Source: an uncultured Gemmatimonadales bacterium
Lineage (GTDB): Bacteria; Gemmatimonadota; Gemmatimonadetes; Longimicrobiales; RSA9
Assembly (NCBI GenBank): GCA_963783305.1
Contig: CAWAMW010000007.1
Location: forward strand, 1 to 64,000
Direction of reading: 5' to 3'
DNA length: 64,000 bases
The notes beneath the pieces were generated by a model. That model made no database searches and had not been told where the DNA came from. It saw only the letters and a program-made list of their open reading frames with translations. This document shows, in pieces, positions 8,110-17,440 of the stretch; the first letter of the stretch is position 1; each line of letters opens with the position of its first letter. Both the position numbers and the translations under genes were made by a program.

Positions 8110-9842
8110 GGGGGATCGAGGTGTGGGCGCCGGCGGCGGAGCGGGTCGAGGTCGTCGTCGGTGAGGAGCGCCGGGAGATGGCGCGGACGGATGGTGGGTG
8201 GTGGCGGATGACCGGCGAGTCGCTGCGGCCGGGGGCGGACTACGCGTTCTCGGTGGATGGCGGCCCGGCGCGTCCAGACCCGCGGTCGGCGTGGCAGCCG
8301 GAAGGGGTGCACGGGCCGAGCCGGGTGGTGGACCCCGGGTCGTACGGGTGGCGTGATCAGGACTGGCGGGGGTTCCACCTGCCGACGAGCGTGCTGTACG
8401 AGCTGCACCCCGGCACGTTCACGGAGGGCGGGACGCTGGAGAGCGCCATCGATCGTCTGGACCACCTGGTGGAGCTCGGTGTGGGTGCGGTGTCGCTCAC
8501 GCCCGTGAACGCGTTCCCGGGGAAGCACGGCTGGGGCTACGACGGCGTGGGGCTGTATGCGGTGCACGACCCGTATGGCGGGCCGGCGGCGCTGAAACGG
8601 TTCGTGGACGCCTGCCACAACCGTGGGCTGGGCGTGATCCTGGACGTCGTGTACAACCATCTGGGTCCCAGCGGGAACTACCTGGGTGAGTTCGGGCCCT
8701 ATTTCACCGATCGGTATGCGACGCCGTGGGGTTCGGCGCCCAACCTGGACGGGTGGGAGAGCGACGAGGTGCGCCGGTTCTTCCTGGACAACGCAGCCAT
8801 GTGGATGCGGGACTACCACATGGACGGGCTCCGGCTGGACGCGGTGCACGCCATTGTGGACACGTCGGCGGTGCACATCCTGGAGGAGCTGGCGGCGGAG
8901 ACGGAGGTGCTGGCGGCGTCCGAGGGCCGACCGCTATGGCTGATCGCGGAGAGCGACCTCAACGATCCGCGGCTGCTCTGGAGCCGGGAGCGCGGCGGCT
9001 ACGGCCTCCAGGCGCAGTGGAGCGACGACTTCCACCACGCGCTGCACGCGGCGCTGACGGGCGAGGAGACCGGGTACTACGCGGACTTCGGCCGGGTGAG
9101 CGACATCGGCCGCGCGCTCCGGGAGGCGTACGTCTATGGCGGCCGACGCTCGGAGCACCGCCACCGACGCCACGGCCGCTCCGCCACTGGCCTCGCCGGG
9201 CACCGGTTCCTCGGCTACATCCAGAACCACGACCAGGTGGGGAACCGCGCGCAGGGCGAACGTCTGCACCACGTGGCCGGTCGCGCGCTCCAGAAGGTGG
9301 GGGCGGCGCTGGTGCTCACGTCGCCGTTCGTGCCCATGCTCTTCCAGGGCGAGGAGTGGGCGGCGTCGAGCCCGTTCCAGTACTTCACCGACCACGAGGA
9401 CCCCGCGCTGGGCGACGCCGTGCGGGAGGGCCGGAGGGGCGAGTTCGAGGCGTTCGGCTGGGACCCCGAGTCGGTGCCGGACCCGCAGGACCCGGAGACG
9501 TTCCGGCGCTCGCGGCTGCGGTGGGAGGAGCGGGATCGGTCGGAGCACGCGGACATGGAGTCGTGGTACCGTTCGCTGATGCGGCTGCGAGCGGAGCGGC
9601 CGGATCTCAGGGGCGGTCGGCTGGAGGACGTGGAGACGGTGGCGGACGACGCGGCGCGGACTCTGGTGGTGCGGCGCGGGAACGTGGTGGTGGCGGCGAA
9701 CCTGGGCGGTGAGGCGGCGGTGCTGTCGGTGCCGGGCGGGACGGAGAGGATGCGGGTCGTGCTGTCCAGCGCGGAGGCCAGCGAGTTGCGCGACGAGGGT
9801 GTGGCGGTGCCGCCGGAGAGCGTTGTTATCCTGACGTCCTGA
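8106..9842 (+). CDS. treZ: Malto-oligosyltrehalose trehalohydrolase (GH13)
   Basis: VWAP, WGYDGV, DVVYNHLGP, GLRLDAVHA, QNHDQVGNR, FQGEEW; ATGA overlap with treY. Confidence 0.95.
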   Translation: MRGIEVWAPAAERVEVVVGEERREMARTDGGWWRMTGESLRPGADYAFSVDGGPARPDPRSAWQPEGVHGPSRVVDPGSYGWRDQDWRGFHLPTSVLYELHPGTFTEGGTLESAIDRLDHLVELGVGAVSLTPVNAFPGKHGWGYDGVGLYAVHDPYGGPAALKRFVDACHNRGLGVILDVVYNHLGPSGNYLGEFGPYFTDRYATPWGSAPNLDGWESDEVRRFFLDNAAMWMRDYHMDGLRLDAVHAIVDTSAVHILEELAAETEVLAASEGRPLWLIAESDLNDPRLLWSRERGGYGLQAQWSDDFHHALHAALTGEETGYYADFGRVSDIGRALREAYVYGGRRSEHRHRRHGRSATGLAGHRFLGYIQNHDQVGNRAQGERLHHVAGRALQKVGAALVLTSPFVPMLFQGEEWAASSPFQYFTDHEDPALGDAVREGRRGEFEAFGWDPESVPDPQDPETFRRSRLRWEERDRSEHADMESWYRSLMRLRAERPDLRGGRLEDVETVADDAARTLVVRRGNVVVAANLGGEAAVLSVPGGTERMRVVLSSAEASELRDEGVAVPPESVVILTS

Positions 9843-9871
9843 GGGACGATGATCGAAAAGCGACCATCGAG

Positions 9872-10969
9872 CTATTTCGGGCTGTCTCCGTACCCGCGCT
9901 TCCAGGCGAGGGCGAGCACCAGCAAGGTGAGGGGAATGCCTACGAAGAGCATGGCCTCGCGGAACTCGTCGAGGGCGTGGTGTTGGGCGGAGAAGAGCAC
10001 GATGTAGGTGGTGTACACGAAGTAGAACACCAGGAAGACCAGGCCCTCCAGGCGATCGATGCGGTGACCTGTGAAGAAGATGGGGAGGCAGGCCACCGCC
10101 ACGGCCAGCATCACGGGCAGGTCGAACGTCAGGGCGGACAGCGGCACGGCCACGCCCTCGGGCACCACGGCGGCCGCGGCGCCCAGGATGATCAGCAGGT
10201 TGAAAATGTTGCTGCCGATGATGTTGCCCACGGCGATGTCGCGCTGGCCGCGGAAGGCAGCGACCACGGAGGTGGCGAGCTCCGGCAGCGAGGTGCCCGC
10301 GGATACCACTGTCAGCCCGATGACCAGGTTCGGCACGCCGAGCGAGCCCGCGAGGGCTTCCGCCCCCTGCACGATCCAGTGGGACCCGGCGACCAGAAGC
10401 CCGAGCCCGGCGCCGATGAGGGCCACGTCTATGGCCAGGCCGAGGGGCGTCCAGCCCGTAGCGGGAACGCCCGAGCCCGCGTCGCCCGCGGCGGCCGCCA
10501 CCTCGGGTGCCTGCGAGCCGTTGCCCGCGCGCCGCGCCTGGACCACGAGGACGACCAAGTAGGTCACGCCGCCCAGCAGCAGGAGGATGCCCTCGGTCCT
10601 CGAGATCGTGCGGTCCAGCGCGAGGAGGACGACCAGGGCGGAGACGCCGATCATGAACGGCACCTCGAGCCGGATCACCCGTTTCTGCACCACGAGCGGC
10701 GCCACGACCGCGGAGAGTCCGAGGATCAGCAGCACGTTCAGGATGTTGCTGCCGATGACGTTCCCGACGGCCAGGCCCGCATCGCCGCGGAGTGTGGCGG
10801 CGGTGGATACGGCGAGCTCGGGCGCGCTGGTCCCGAAGGCCACTACCGTGAGTCCGACCACGAGGGGTGCGATCCCGGCCGCGGTGGCGATCCGGGTGGC
10901 CCCTCGCACGAGGAGCTCGGCTCCGCCAATGAGGAGCACGAGCCCCACGATGAAGAGGAAAAGGGTCAT
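9872..10969 (-). CDS. Calcium/sodium antiporter (YrbG-like CaCA family)
   Basis: Two alpha repeats GTSAPE...GNVIGSN and GTSLPE...GNIIGSN; many TM helices. Confidence 0.93.
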   Translation of the reverse strand: MTLFLFIVGLVLLIGGAELLVRGATRIATAAGIAPLVVGLTVVAFGTSAPELAVSTAATLRGDAGLAVGNVIGSNILNVLLILGLSAVVAPLVVQKRVIRLEVPFMIGVSALVVLLALDRTISRTEGILLLLGGVTYLVVLVVQARRAGNGSQAPEVAAAAGDAGSGVPATGWTPLGLAIDVALIGAGLGLLVAGSHWIVQGAEALAGSLGVPNLVIGLTVVSAGTSLPELATSVVAAFRGQRDIAVGNIIGSNIFNLLIILGAAAAVVPEGVAVPLSALTFDLPVMLAVAVACLPIFFTGHRIDRLEGLVFLVFYFVYTTYIVLFSAQHHALDEFREAMLFVGIPLTLLVLALAWKRGYGDSPK

Positions 10970-11334
10970 CCGGCGACGTTCCTGGCGATCAGCATGGGCC
11001 GGATGGTAGAGGCGGCCGGTGCTCGTGGCAACCGCGTCGGCGTCGTGCATCGAGCGTCGGATCGAGGATCGATGATCAAGGCGGTACGCCGCTTGCCCGA
11101 TGTGTGGGCGACGAGCAGCGACCGGCCGTGGGCGCCCGGGTGCGGATGCCGTTCGAGTGGCCGCGGCGGTTCCGCGACCGGGAGATCGGGTTATTCAGCC
11201 TCATCCCCGACGCGCGAGATGACCTGCCGGGTGCCGGACCAGGACCTGACCATCGACCACTCACGGATGCCCGCCCGGCCCGTCAGTGGCTTCGTGCTCG
11301 AGGACGTGAGCCGGGCGAGAGGGTAGCGAATACG

Positions 11335-12354
11335 ATGGACGACCAGCGGACGCAGGCGTTCCGGGACGACGCCGACGCGACGGCCCGGGAGCAGAAGGCG
11401 ATCCAGGCGCGGGTCGAGCGGCTCGAGCTGGAGCGCTCGAAGCAGGACGAAGGGGGCGGCGGCGAGGAAGCGGTGCAGGCGGGCCCGCGCCGGGAGCCCG
11501 CCAATCCGCTGCCGGAGCAGCATCAGTGGAAGCCGGGGCTGGAGGCGGAGATGGAGCCGGTGCCGCGGTATGGTGCGCCCTCGTACAAGGGGAGCGGCAA
11601 GCTGCAGGGGATGGTGGCGCTGGTCACCGGCGGCGACTCGGGGATCGGCCGCGCGGTGGCCGTCCTGTTCGCGCGAGAGGGGGCGGACGTGGCGATCGCG
11701 TACCTGAACGAGCACGACGACGCGGAGGACACGCGGCGCGCGGTCGAGGAGGAGGGTGCGCGCTGCATCACCGTGTCGGGGGACGTGCGGGACTCGACCT
11801 TCTGCGATGCCGTCGTGGAGGAGACGGTGGCCGAGCTGGGGCGGCTGGACGTGCTGGTGAACAACGCCGCGTTCCAGGAGCACGTCCAGGGGCTGGAAGA
11901 CCTGACGGACGCGCACCTCGAGATGACGCTCCGGACCAACATCCAGGGCTATATCCAGATGGCCCGCGCGGCGCTGCCGCACCTGCCGGAGGGCGGCAGT
12001 ATCATCAACACGGGCTCGGAGACGGGGTTGTTCGGACAGCCGAACCTGCTGGATTACTCGGCAACGAAGGGCGCGATCCACGCCTTCACGAAGGCGCTGG
12101 CGACGAATGTGGCCGACCGGGGGATCCGGGTGAACGCCGTCGCGCCGGGCCCCGTGTGGACGCCGCTCAACCCGGCCGACCAGCCGGCGGACGAGATCGA
12201 GAGCTTCGGCAAGTCGACGTCCATGAACCGGCCGGCGCAGCCGGAAGAGTTGTCTCCGGCCTACGTCTTCCTCGCCGCGCCGTCGTGCGCGAGCTACATC
12301 ACTGGCGCGGTGATCCCGGTCATGGGCGGCGCGGTCGGCGGCGCGGGTAGCTGA
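11335..12354 (+). CDS. SDR family oxidoreductase (YghA/YhdF-like)
   Basis: TGGDSGIG, NNAA, YSATK, VNAVAPGPVWTPL. Confidence 0.92.
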   Translation: MDDQRTQAFRDDADATAREQKAIQARVERLELERSKQDEGGGGEEAVQAGPRREPANPLPEQHQWKPGLEAEMEPVPRYGAPSYKGSGKLQGMVALVTGGDSGIGRAVAVLFAREGADVAIAYLNEHDDAEDTRRAVEEEGARCITVSGDVRDSTFCDAVVEETVAELGRLDVLVNNAAFQEHVQGLEDLTDAHLEMTLRTNIQGYIQMARAALPHLPEGGSIINTGSETGLFGQPNLLDYSATKGAIHAFTKALATNVADRGIRVNAVAPGPVWTPLNPADQPADEIESFGKSTSMNRPAQPEELSPAYVFLAAPSCASYITGAVIPVMGGAVGGAGS

Positions 12355-12530
12355 CGGCGAAGCGCCGAACGGAGAGCACCCGCAAGCTGAGAAACGGCGG
12401 GACCTCAGAAACGGCGGAATCGAAGGAACGAAGGAACGAAGAACACGAAGAGGGGGCTGAATCCGGTGGAGTCGGGTTACCTGGATCGCTTTCGCTCTTC
12501 GCACCCGCTGTTCGTGGACGAGGTCGGGTG
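12355..12530. repeat. Purine-rich short tandem repeats plus hairpins between convergent genes
   Basis: AGAAACGGCGG x2, (CGAAGGAA)x2 then CGAAGAACACGAAG; hairpin CGGCG-AAG-CGCCG. Confidence 0.6.
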
Positions 12531-13628
12531 TCAGTAGCGGTCGAAGCGGGCGAGTGCGGGGAAGAGGAGGGCGGCGAGGCCGACCTGCAGGTAGAAGGTG
12601 AGGAAGCGCCAGCCGGCGGTGGCAATGCCGATGACGCCCACGGGCAGCAGGGTACCGTATGCCACGGCGAAGGTGACCTCGGCGGCGCCGGCGGCGCCGG
12701 GCGTGGGCATGAGAGCCATGAGGGTAAAGACGACCCACTGGAGCGCCCAGAAGAGGACGGGCCGCACGGGCACGCCGAGGAAAGCGACCAGCGCGGTAAT
12801 GACGGAGTAGCGCGCCGTCCACTGGACCGCGGTGAGGAGCAGGCTCAGGGCGAGCCAGCCCTTGCCGCGGTCCAGGATGACGCTGAAGACGTCGCGGGCG
12901 TCGGCCCAGGCGGCGGTGATGCGGCGGCGGACCCAGGCCATCCCTCGGAGGGTCCAGCGCTGGAGGCGCACGCCCATGAGGCCGCGTAGGACCAGGCGGG
13001 CGAGGACCAGGAGCACGAGGAAGAGCAGGGCGCCGGCGGCGGCGAGGGCGGCCACGCGTGAGCTCGCGGTGCCGGCCACGGCGCCCCACGTCCCGGAGTC
13101 CCAGGTGCCCACCTCCCACGCGGCGGTGAAGAGGAGTGCGAGAGGGAGCGCGGCGGCGAAGAAGATGCCATCCTCGATGATGGGGAGCGCTGTGATGGAT
13201 GCCGCGGCGCCGGGAGTGACGCCGCGGTCCACGAGCATGCCCCACTTGAGGAACCCGCCCCCCACGGCCGTCGGGGAGACCGAGGCCCCGAGGTCCACGG
13301 CCAGCGTCATCCGGAACGCCTCCACGAAGCGGACGTGGAATCCGAGGAACCGGGTCCAGATGAGGAGCCGGAGGGTGTTGGTGATCCAGGGCAGCAGCGC
13401 GAGGGCGAGGGCGACGAGGAGCCACGTCCTGGGGAACGCGCCGAGGGAGCGGAGGATGTCGCGGTCGGTGGCCAGGAAGGTGAATGCCAGGTTCCCGAGG
13501 ACGCCCAGCGGGATGACCACCAGGGCCACCCGGAGCACGGTGCGGAACTGGAAGGGCTCGCGGTCGTTGGGCGACGGTTCCGAGCTGGGCTCGCGAGGAG
13601 CCGCGTTCGGCTCGAGACCATCGCTCAA
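12531..13628 (-). CDS. Lysylphosphatidylglycerol-synthase TM / UPF0104 flippase-like protein
   Basis: Multi-TM; SPTAVGG, PTPGAAGAAE, WRFLTFY; TTG start overlaps the upstream stop. Confidence 0.85.
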   Translation of the reverse strand: MSDGLEPNAAPREPSSEPSPNDREPFQFRTVLRVALVVIPLGVLGNLAFTFLATDRDILRSLGAFPRTWLLVALALALLPWITNTLRLLIWTRFLGFHVRFVEAFRMTLAVDLGASVSPTAVGGGFLKWGMLVDRGVTPGAAASITALPIIEDGIFFAAALPLALLFTAAWEVGTWDSGTWGAVAGTASSRVAALAAAGALLFLVLLVLARLVLRGLMGVRLQRWTLRGMAWVRRRITAAWADARDVFSVILDRGKGWLALSLLLTAVQWTARYSVITALVAFLGVPVRPVLFWALQWVVFTLMALMPTPGAAGAAEVTFAVAYGTLLPVGVIGIATAGWRFLTFYLQVGLAALLFPALARFDRY

Positions 13629-14812
13629 GGCGTGCCCCCGACCGATCGGATCCGCTCATAGAGCTCGAGGAGGTCCTCGAACGTCCGCTGCCAGGAGAAG
13701 CGGCTCTCCACGTGATGGCGCGCGGCCGCGCCCATGGCGGCGAGCCGGGCCCGATCGGCCTCCAGCTCACGGAGCGCAGCGGCCATGGCGGTGGAGTCGC
13801 CGGGGGGGACCAGGAGCCCGGTCCCGCCTTCCTCCACCCGCTCGACCATGGCGCCGGAGCGGACGCCCAACACGGGCAGCCCGCACGCCTGCGCCTCGAC
13901 CACGGAGAGCCCGAAGGTCTCGTGGGGCATGCCGGATACGTAGAGGTCGGCGGAGCCCATGAGCCCGGCGAGCTCGTCTCGGTCCTGGATGAAGGGGAGG
14001 ACGTGAACGCGCGGGTCGTCGGCCGTCCGCGCCTCCAGCGGCTCCCGGAGGGGGCCTTCGCCCGCCAGGACCAGCACACCGGGGAAGTCGGCGGGGAGCC
14101 GCTCGAACGCGTCGACCACCACGTCCGGCCGTTTCTCCGAGTCGAGCCGGCCGGCGTAGACCATGAGCAGGTCCCTGTCGTCCGCGCCGAATCGACGGCG
14201 GACTTCCGCCCGCGGGTCGTCGGGGCGGTCCATGGGGCGGAACCGGTCGAGGTCCACGCCGAGGGGGATCCACGTGGCGGCGGGGACGCCCCGCTCCTGG
14301 AGCTCGTCGGCCATGATCGAGGAGATGGCCACGGTGGCGTCGCAGCGGGAGTAGAGGGCGCGGGTGTAGCGGTCGGTGACGGCGCGCGCGGCCTGGCCGG
14401 CCGTGTCGCCGAGGACCGCGGCCACACCCGGCTCCACATAGGCGCTGCCCAGATCGGTCATGCAGAAGCCCACGACGGCCGCGCCGTGTCGTCGGCGGTG
14501 CCAGAGCGCGGTCCAGGGCAGGTTGTAGGTGCAGTGGACCTCGATTACGTCCGGTCGCTCGCGGTCGAGGATCCGGAGCACCTTGTCGGAGCGGAGGAAG
14601 AGGCGGTAGGCGGGGGAGCCGGGGACGGGAGGCGAGGCGACGCGGTAGGTGGTGGCCCGGCCGTCCTCCGACCGGACGTCCTCGGGCCCCGGCACGATGA
14701 GGACGTGCTCGTGGTCGGTGTGCTCCAGGAGGTACTGGCGCTTGGCGTGGAGGTACGTGCGGACGCCGCCGCCGGTCTCCGCGTACGACTGGGTGAGGTC
14801 GCAGATCTTCAC
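13625..14812 (-). CDS. Glycosyltransferase family 4
   Basis: GGGVRTY, YAGRLDSEKR, ETFGLSVVEA; GTG14812 overlaps the upstream stop. Confidence 0.9.
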   Translation of the reverse strand: MKICDLTQSYAETGGGVRTYLHAKRQYLLEHTDHEHVLIVPGPEDVRSEDGRATTYRVASPPVPGSPAYRLFLRSDKVLRILDRERPDVIEVHCTYNLPWTALWHRRRHGAAVVGFCMTDLGSAYVEPGVAAVLGDTAGQAARAVTDRYTRALYSRCDATVAISSIMADELQERGVPAATWIPLGVDLDRFRPMDRPDDPRAEVRRRFGADDRDLLMVYAGRLDSEKRPDVVVDAFERLPADFPGVLVLAGEGPLREPLEARTADDPRVHVLPFIQDRDELAGLMGSADLYVSGMPHETFGLSVVEAQACGLPVLGVRSGAMVERVEEGGTGLLVPPGDSTAMAAALRELEADRARLAAMGAAARHHVESRFSWQRTFEDLLELYERIRSVGGTP

Positions 14813-15966
14813 GCCACGTCCTGTTGCGCGGGTGGGATCGCCTTCCCGGTCTCGAGTATGGAGCGGTAGCCGGCCAGGAGGCGGTCGTTGACCCGCTTCC
14901 AGGTGCGGCCCTCCATCTGCTCGCGCGCTGCGCATGCCATCTTGCCCCGCAGCTCGCGATCGGCCAGGAGGAGCCCGACCTGGTCGGCCAGATGCCCCGG
15001 GTCGTTGGAGCGGGCGACGAGGCCGGTCCTGCCGGGCTCGATCACCGTCTTCGGCCCGCCCCGATCGGAGACCACGGCGGGCACACCGGACGCCAGGGAC
15101 TCCTGCACGACGTTGCCGAAGGTCTCGGTGGTGGATGGGAAGACGAAGACGTCGGCCGACGCGTACCAGCGGGACAGGGCCTCGCCCTCACGGTAGCCGA
15201 CGAACGTGGCGTTGGGCAGCCGGTCCTCGAGCTTCGACCGGAGCGGACCATCGCCCACGAGCACGAGGCTGAACCGGTGCCCCTGCTCCTCCAGGCGCCG
15301 GGCCATGGGTGGCAGGTCGAGCAGGTCCTTCTCCTTGACCAGCCGGCTCACCATCAGGACCAGCGGCACGTCCTCGCTCGCGCCGACCTGCTCCCGGAGC
15401 GCGGGGTCCCGGTGCGCGGGCGAGAACAGGTCGGTGTCAATGCCGCGGCTCCAGATCCGCACCGGGGCGATCCCCTCCTTGCGCAGCTCCGCTGCGATGG
15501 CGCGGGAGGGCGTGAATATGGTGCTGCACGGCCTGTAGAACCGGCGCAGCAGCCACCACCCGAACCGTTCCAGCAGGTGGAATCCGTAGTAGCGGAAGTA
15601 GGAGACGAAATGAGTATGGAAGGTGGCTACGAGCGGGATCTGGCGCCGCTCCGCGTAGCGCCGCGCCCAGCCGGCGGCGGGCGTGGGGCTGACCACGTGC
15701 ACCAGGTCCGGGCCCCATTCGTCGAGCTCGGCGGTGAGGTTCTGCCCCCACGGGATGCTGAGGCGGTAGTCGGTGTAGAGCGGGAAGGATACCGATGGAA
15801 GTCGCCGCACGCGGTGCGCCCACGGGATCTCGTCGGAGGGAACGAAGGGTGAATAGACGCGGAAGTCGATCCCGCGCTCCTCCATGTCATCGAATAGGTG
15901 ACCCAGCGTCAGCGATACGCCGTCGACGAGGGGAAGGAGACTTTCCGTGAATAACGCGATCCGCAT
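14809..15966 (-). CDS. Glycosyltransferase family 4 (MgtA/PimB-like)
   Basis: MRIALFTE...DGV, HTHF, SRLVKEK, FPSTTETFGNVVQE. Confidence 0.92.
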   Translation of the reverse strand: MRIALFTESLLPLVDGVSLTLGHLFDDMEERGIDFRVYSPFVPSDEIPWAHRVRRLPSVSFPLYTDYRLSIPWGQNLTAELDEWGPDLVHVVSPTPAAGWARRYAERRQIPLVATFHTHFVSYFRYYGFHLLERFGWWLLRRFYRPCSTIFTPSRAIAAELRKEGIAPVRIWSRGIDTDLFSPAHRDPALREQVGASEDVPLVLMVSRLVKEKDLLDLPPMARRLEEQGHRFSLVLVGDGPLRSKLEDRLPNATFVGYREGEALSRWYASADVFVFPSTTETFGNVVQESLASGVPAVVSDRGGPKTVIEPGRTGLVARSNDPGHLADQVGLLLADRELRGKMACAAREQMEGRTWKRVNDRLLAGYRSILETGKAIPPAQQDVA

Positions 15967-16107
15967 ACAGCTTCCGATTTACCCTTCAGCCGCTACCGTC
16001 CGAACCCAACGACCCGCGCCCGCAGCCCGGCTCGGGCGCTCCGGGAGCGGCGGAGGCAAAGGTACAGCGGTGACGGCCAGAAGAACACCGCCCGCGCGCC
16101 CGCGGGC

Positions 16108-17022
16108 TCACCGCACCCGGACCCCGGTATGTGCGGCTCGAAGGGGCACTGGCTCCACGCCCTTCTCGATGTCCTCCTCCTCATCAGCCAGGTCGGGCCG
16201 GAAGGTGGCGAAGTGGCGGACCACTTCGATGGCCATGGCGACCAGCGTGACCCACGCGAGTCCTGCGACGTAGCCGGCCGCGACATCGGAGAGATAGTGG
16301 ACGCGCAGGTAGAGCCGGGACCAGCCGATGAAGAGGATGAGGGCGGCGGCCCCGGCCAGGGTCCAGCGCCGCTGGGCTCGGGTCGACTCGAGGCGAGCGA
16401 CCAGGTATGCGATCGTGCCGTAGACCACCAGGGCGGTGGTGGCGTGCCCGGAGGGAAAGGAGGAGCTGGTGGGGAAGCCCAAGGGGTTGCCCAGTAGCTC
16501 CAGGTCCCAGCCCTCGGGGCTCGGGCGGTCGCGACCGAACGTCGCCTTGAGCTCTTCGTTCAGGACGCGGCCCCCCAGGAGCGCGATCCAGAGGAGGAGA
16601 ACGGAGAAGTGATGGCGGCTGCGCCAGAGCAGGAGGGTGCCCGTGATGAGCACGATCCACATGGCCACGCCAGAGCCGAGTGCGGCTCCGGCCAGCGCCA
16701 GCCGGTCCCAGGCGGGCGCCCGGTTTTCGCGCATGAAGCCGACCACCGCGGAGTCGACGTCCCTCGTGACATCGCCCAGAACGGCGTGGGCGATCCAGGC
16801 GAAGAGGGCGAGGGCCGCGGCGGAAACGACCAGCCCCGCCCCCAGGAACAGACCCAGGGCGCCGGTGAGGGTGCGCACGTGGCCCACCACCCAGCGGACG
16901 GCGCGGTAGAGGGCGTCCTGGAGCGCGCGTCCGGGGCCATGGCGGCGGGACCCGCGACGCTCGGCTTCAGAGCCCACCGGGCGGCGGGACCTCTCCCTGG
17001 ACGTACCACGGCCACCGTCCAC
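16108..17022 (-). CDS. PAP2 family membrane phosphatase
   Basis: KATFGRDRP, SFPSGH, SRLYLRVHYLSD; GTG17022 chosen from the GGAGAGG RBS, start uncertain. Confidence 0.88.
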   Translation of the reverse strand: MDGGRGTSRERSRRPVGSEAERRGSRRHGPGRALQDALYRAVRWVVGHVRTLTGALGLFLGAGLVVSAAALALFAWIAHAVLGDVTRDVDSAVVGFMRENRAPAWDRLALAGAALGSGVAMWIVLITGTLLLWRSRHHFSVLLLWIALLGGRVLNEELKATFGRDRPSPEGWDLELLGNPLGFPTSSSFPSGHATTALVVYGTIAYLVARLESTRAQRRWTLAGAAALILFIGWSRLYLRVHYLSDVAAGYVAGLAWVTLVAMAIEVVRHFATFRPDLADEEEDIEKGVEPVPLRAAHTGVRVR

Positions 17023-17041
17023 CGCGGCTATCCTCTCCCCT

Positions 17042-17263
17042 TCATGGCCCCCCTGCACCCGCAGGATCGCCGTCGCCGTCCGGCTGGAGCTCGGCCTCCC
17101 GCTCGGCCTCCGCATCGCGCTGACCGCGTTCACGCTTCGCGTCCGCGTCGTAATCGGCGTATTCCGCGCGCTCAGCGCCTTCCGGCAGGCCGGGCGGCCC
17201 GTCCGCGGCCGTCCGTCCGGTCCGTTCCTCGGTGTGCTCCGTGGGGTTCCGCTTCTTCGTCAT
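17042..17263 (-). CDS. Small acidic hydrophilic protein
   Basis: Strong GAGGAGG RBS before ATG; 73 aa, highly charged; heads the PAP2-GT operon. Confidence 0.6.
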   Translation of the reverse strand: MTKKRNPTEHTEERTGRTAADGPPGLPEGAERAEYADYDADAKRERGQRDAEAEREAELQPDGDGDPAGAGGP

Positions 17264-17380
17264 CTGGCCTCCTCAGTGGGGTGCGAAACAGGGGGCGGTA
17301 CCGGCGCCGCCATGCCGGTCTGAAGGGGCAAGGTTCGTTCCCCCGAACCGGCCGGCGCGCGGTTGCGGGCGCGCACCCGA

Positions 17381-17394
17381 GGCATGCATTCTGC
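17381..17394 (+). promoter_or_regulatory. Candidate sigma54-like element upstream of the oxidase operon
   Basis: GGCATGCATTCTGC has GG-N10-GC spacing, about 45 nt before ATG17441. Confidence 0.3.
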
Positions 17395-17440
17395 GAGAAC
17401 CCAAGCCCATCGCGTGGCGACTTTCTCCTGCTCCTTCCGA

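Noticed and set aside
11191..14439. 1082-aa minus-strand ORF
   Set aside because: Alternative frame across three real genes; low-complexity product
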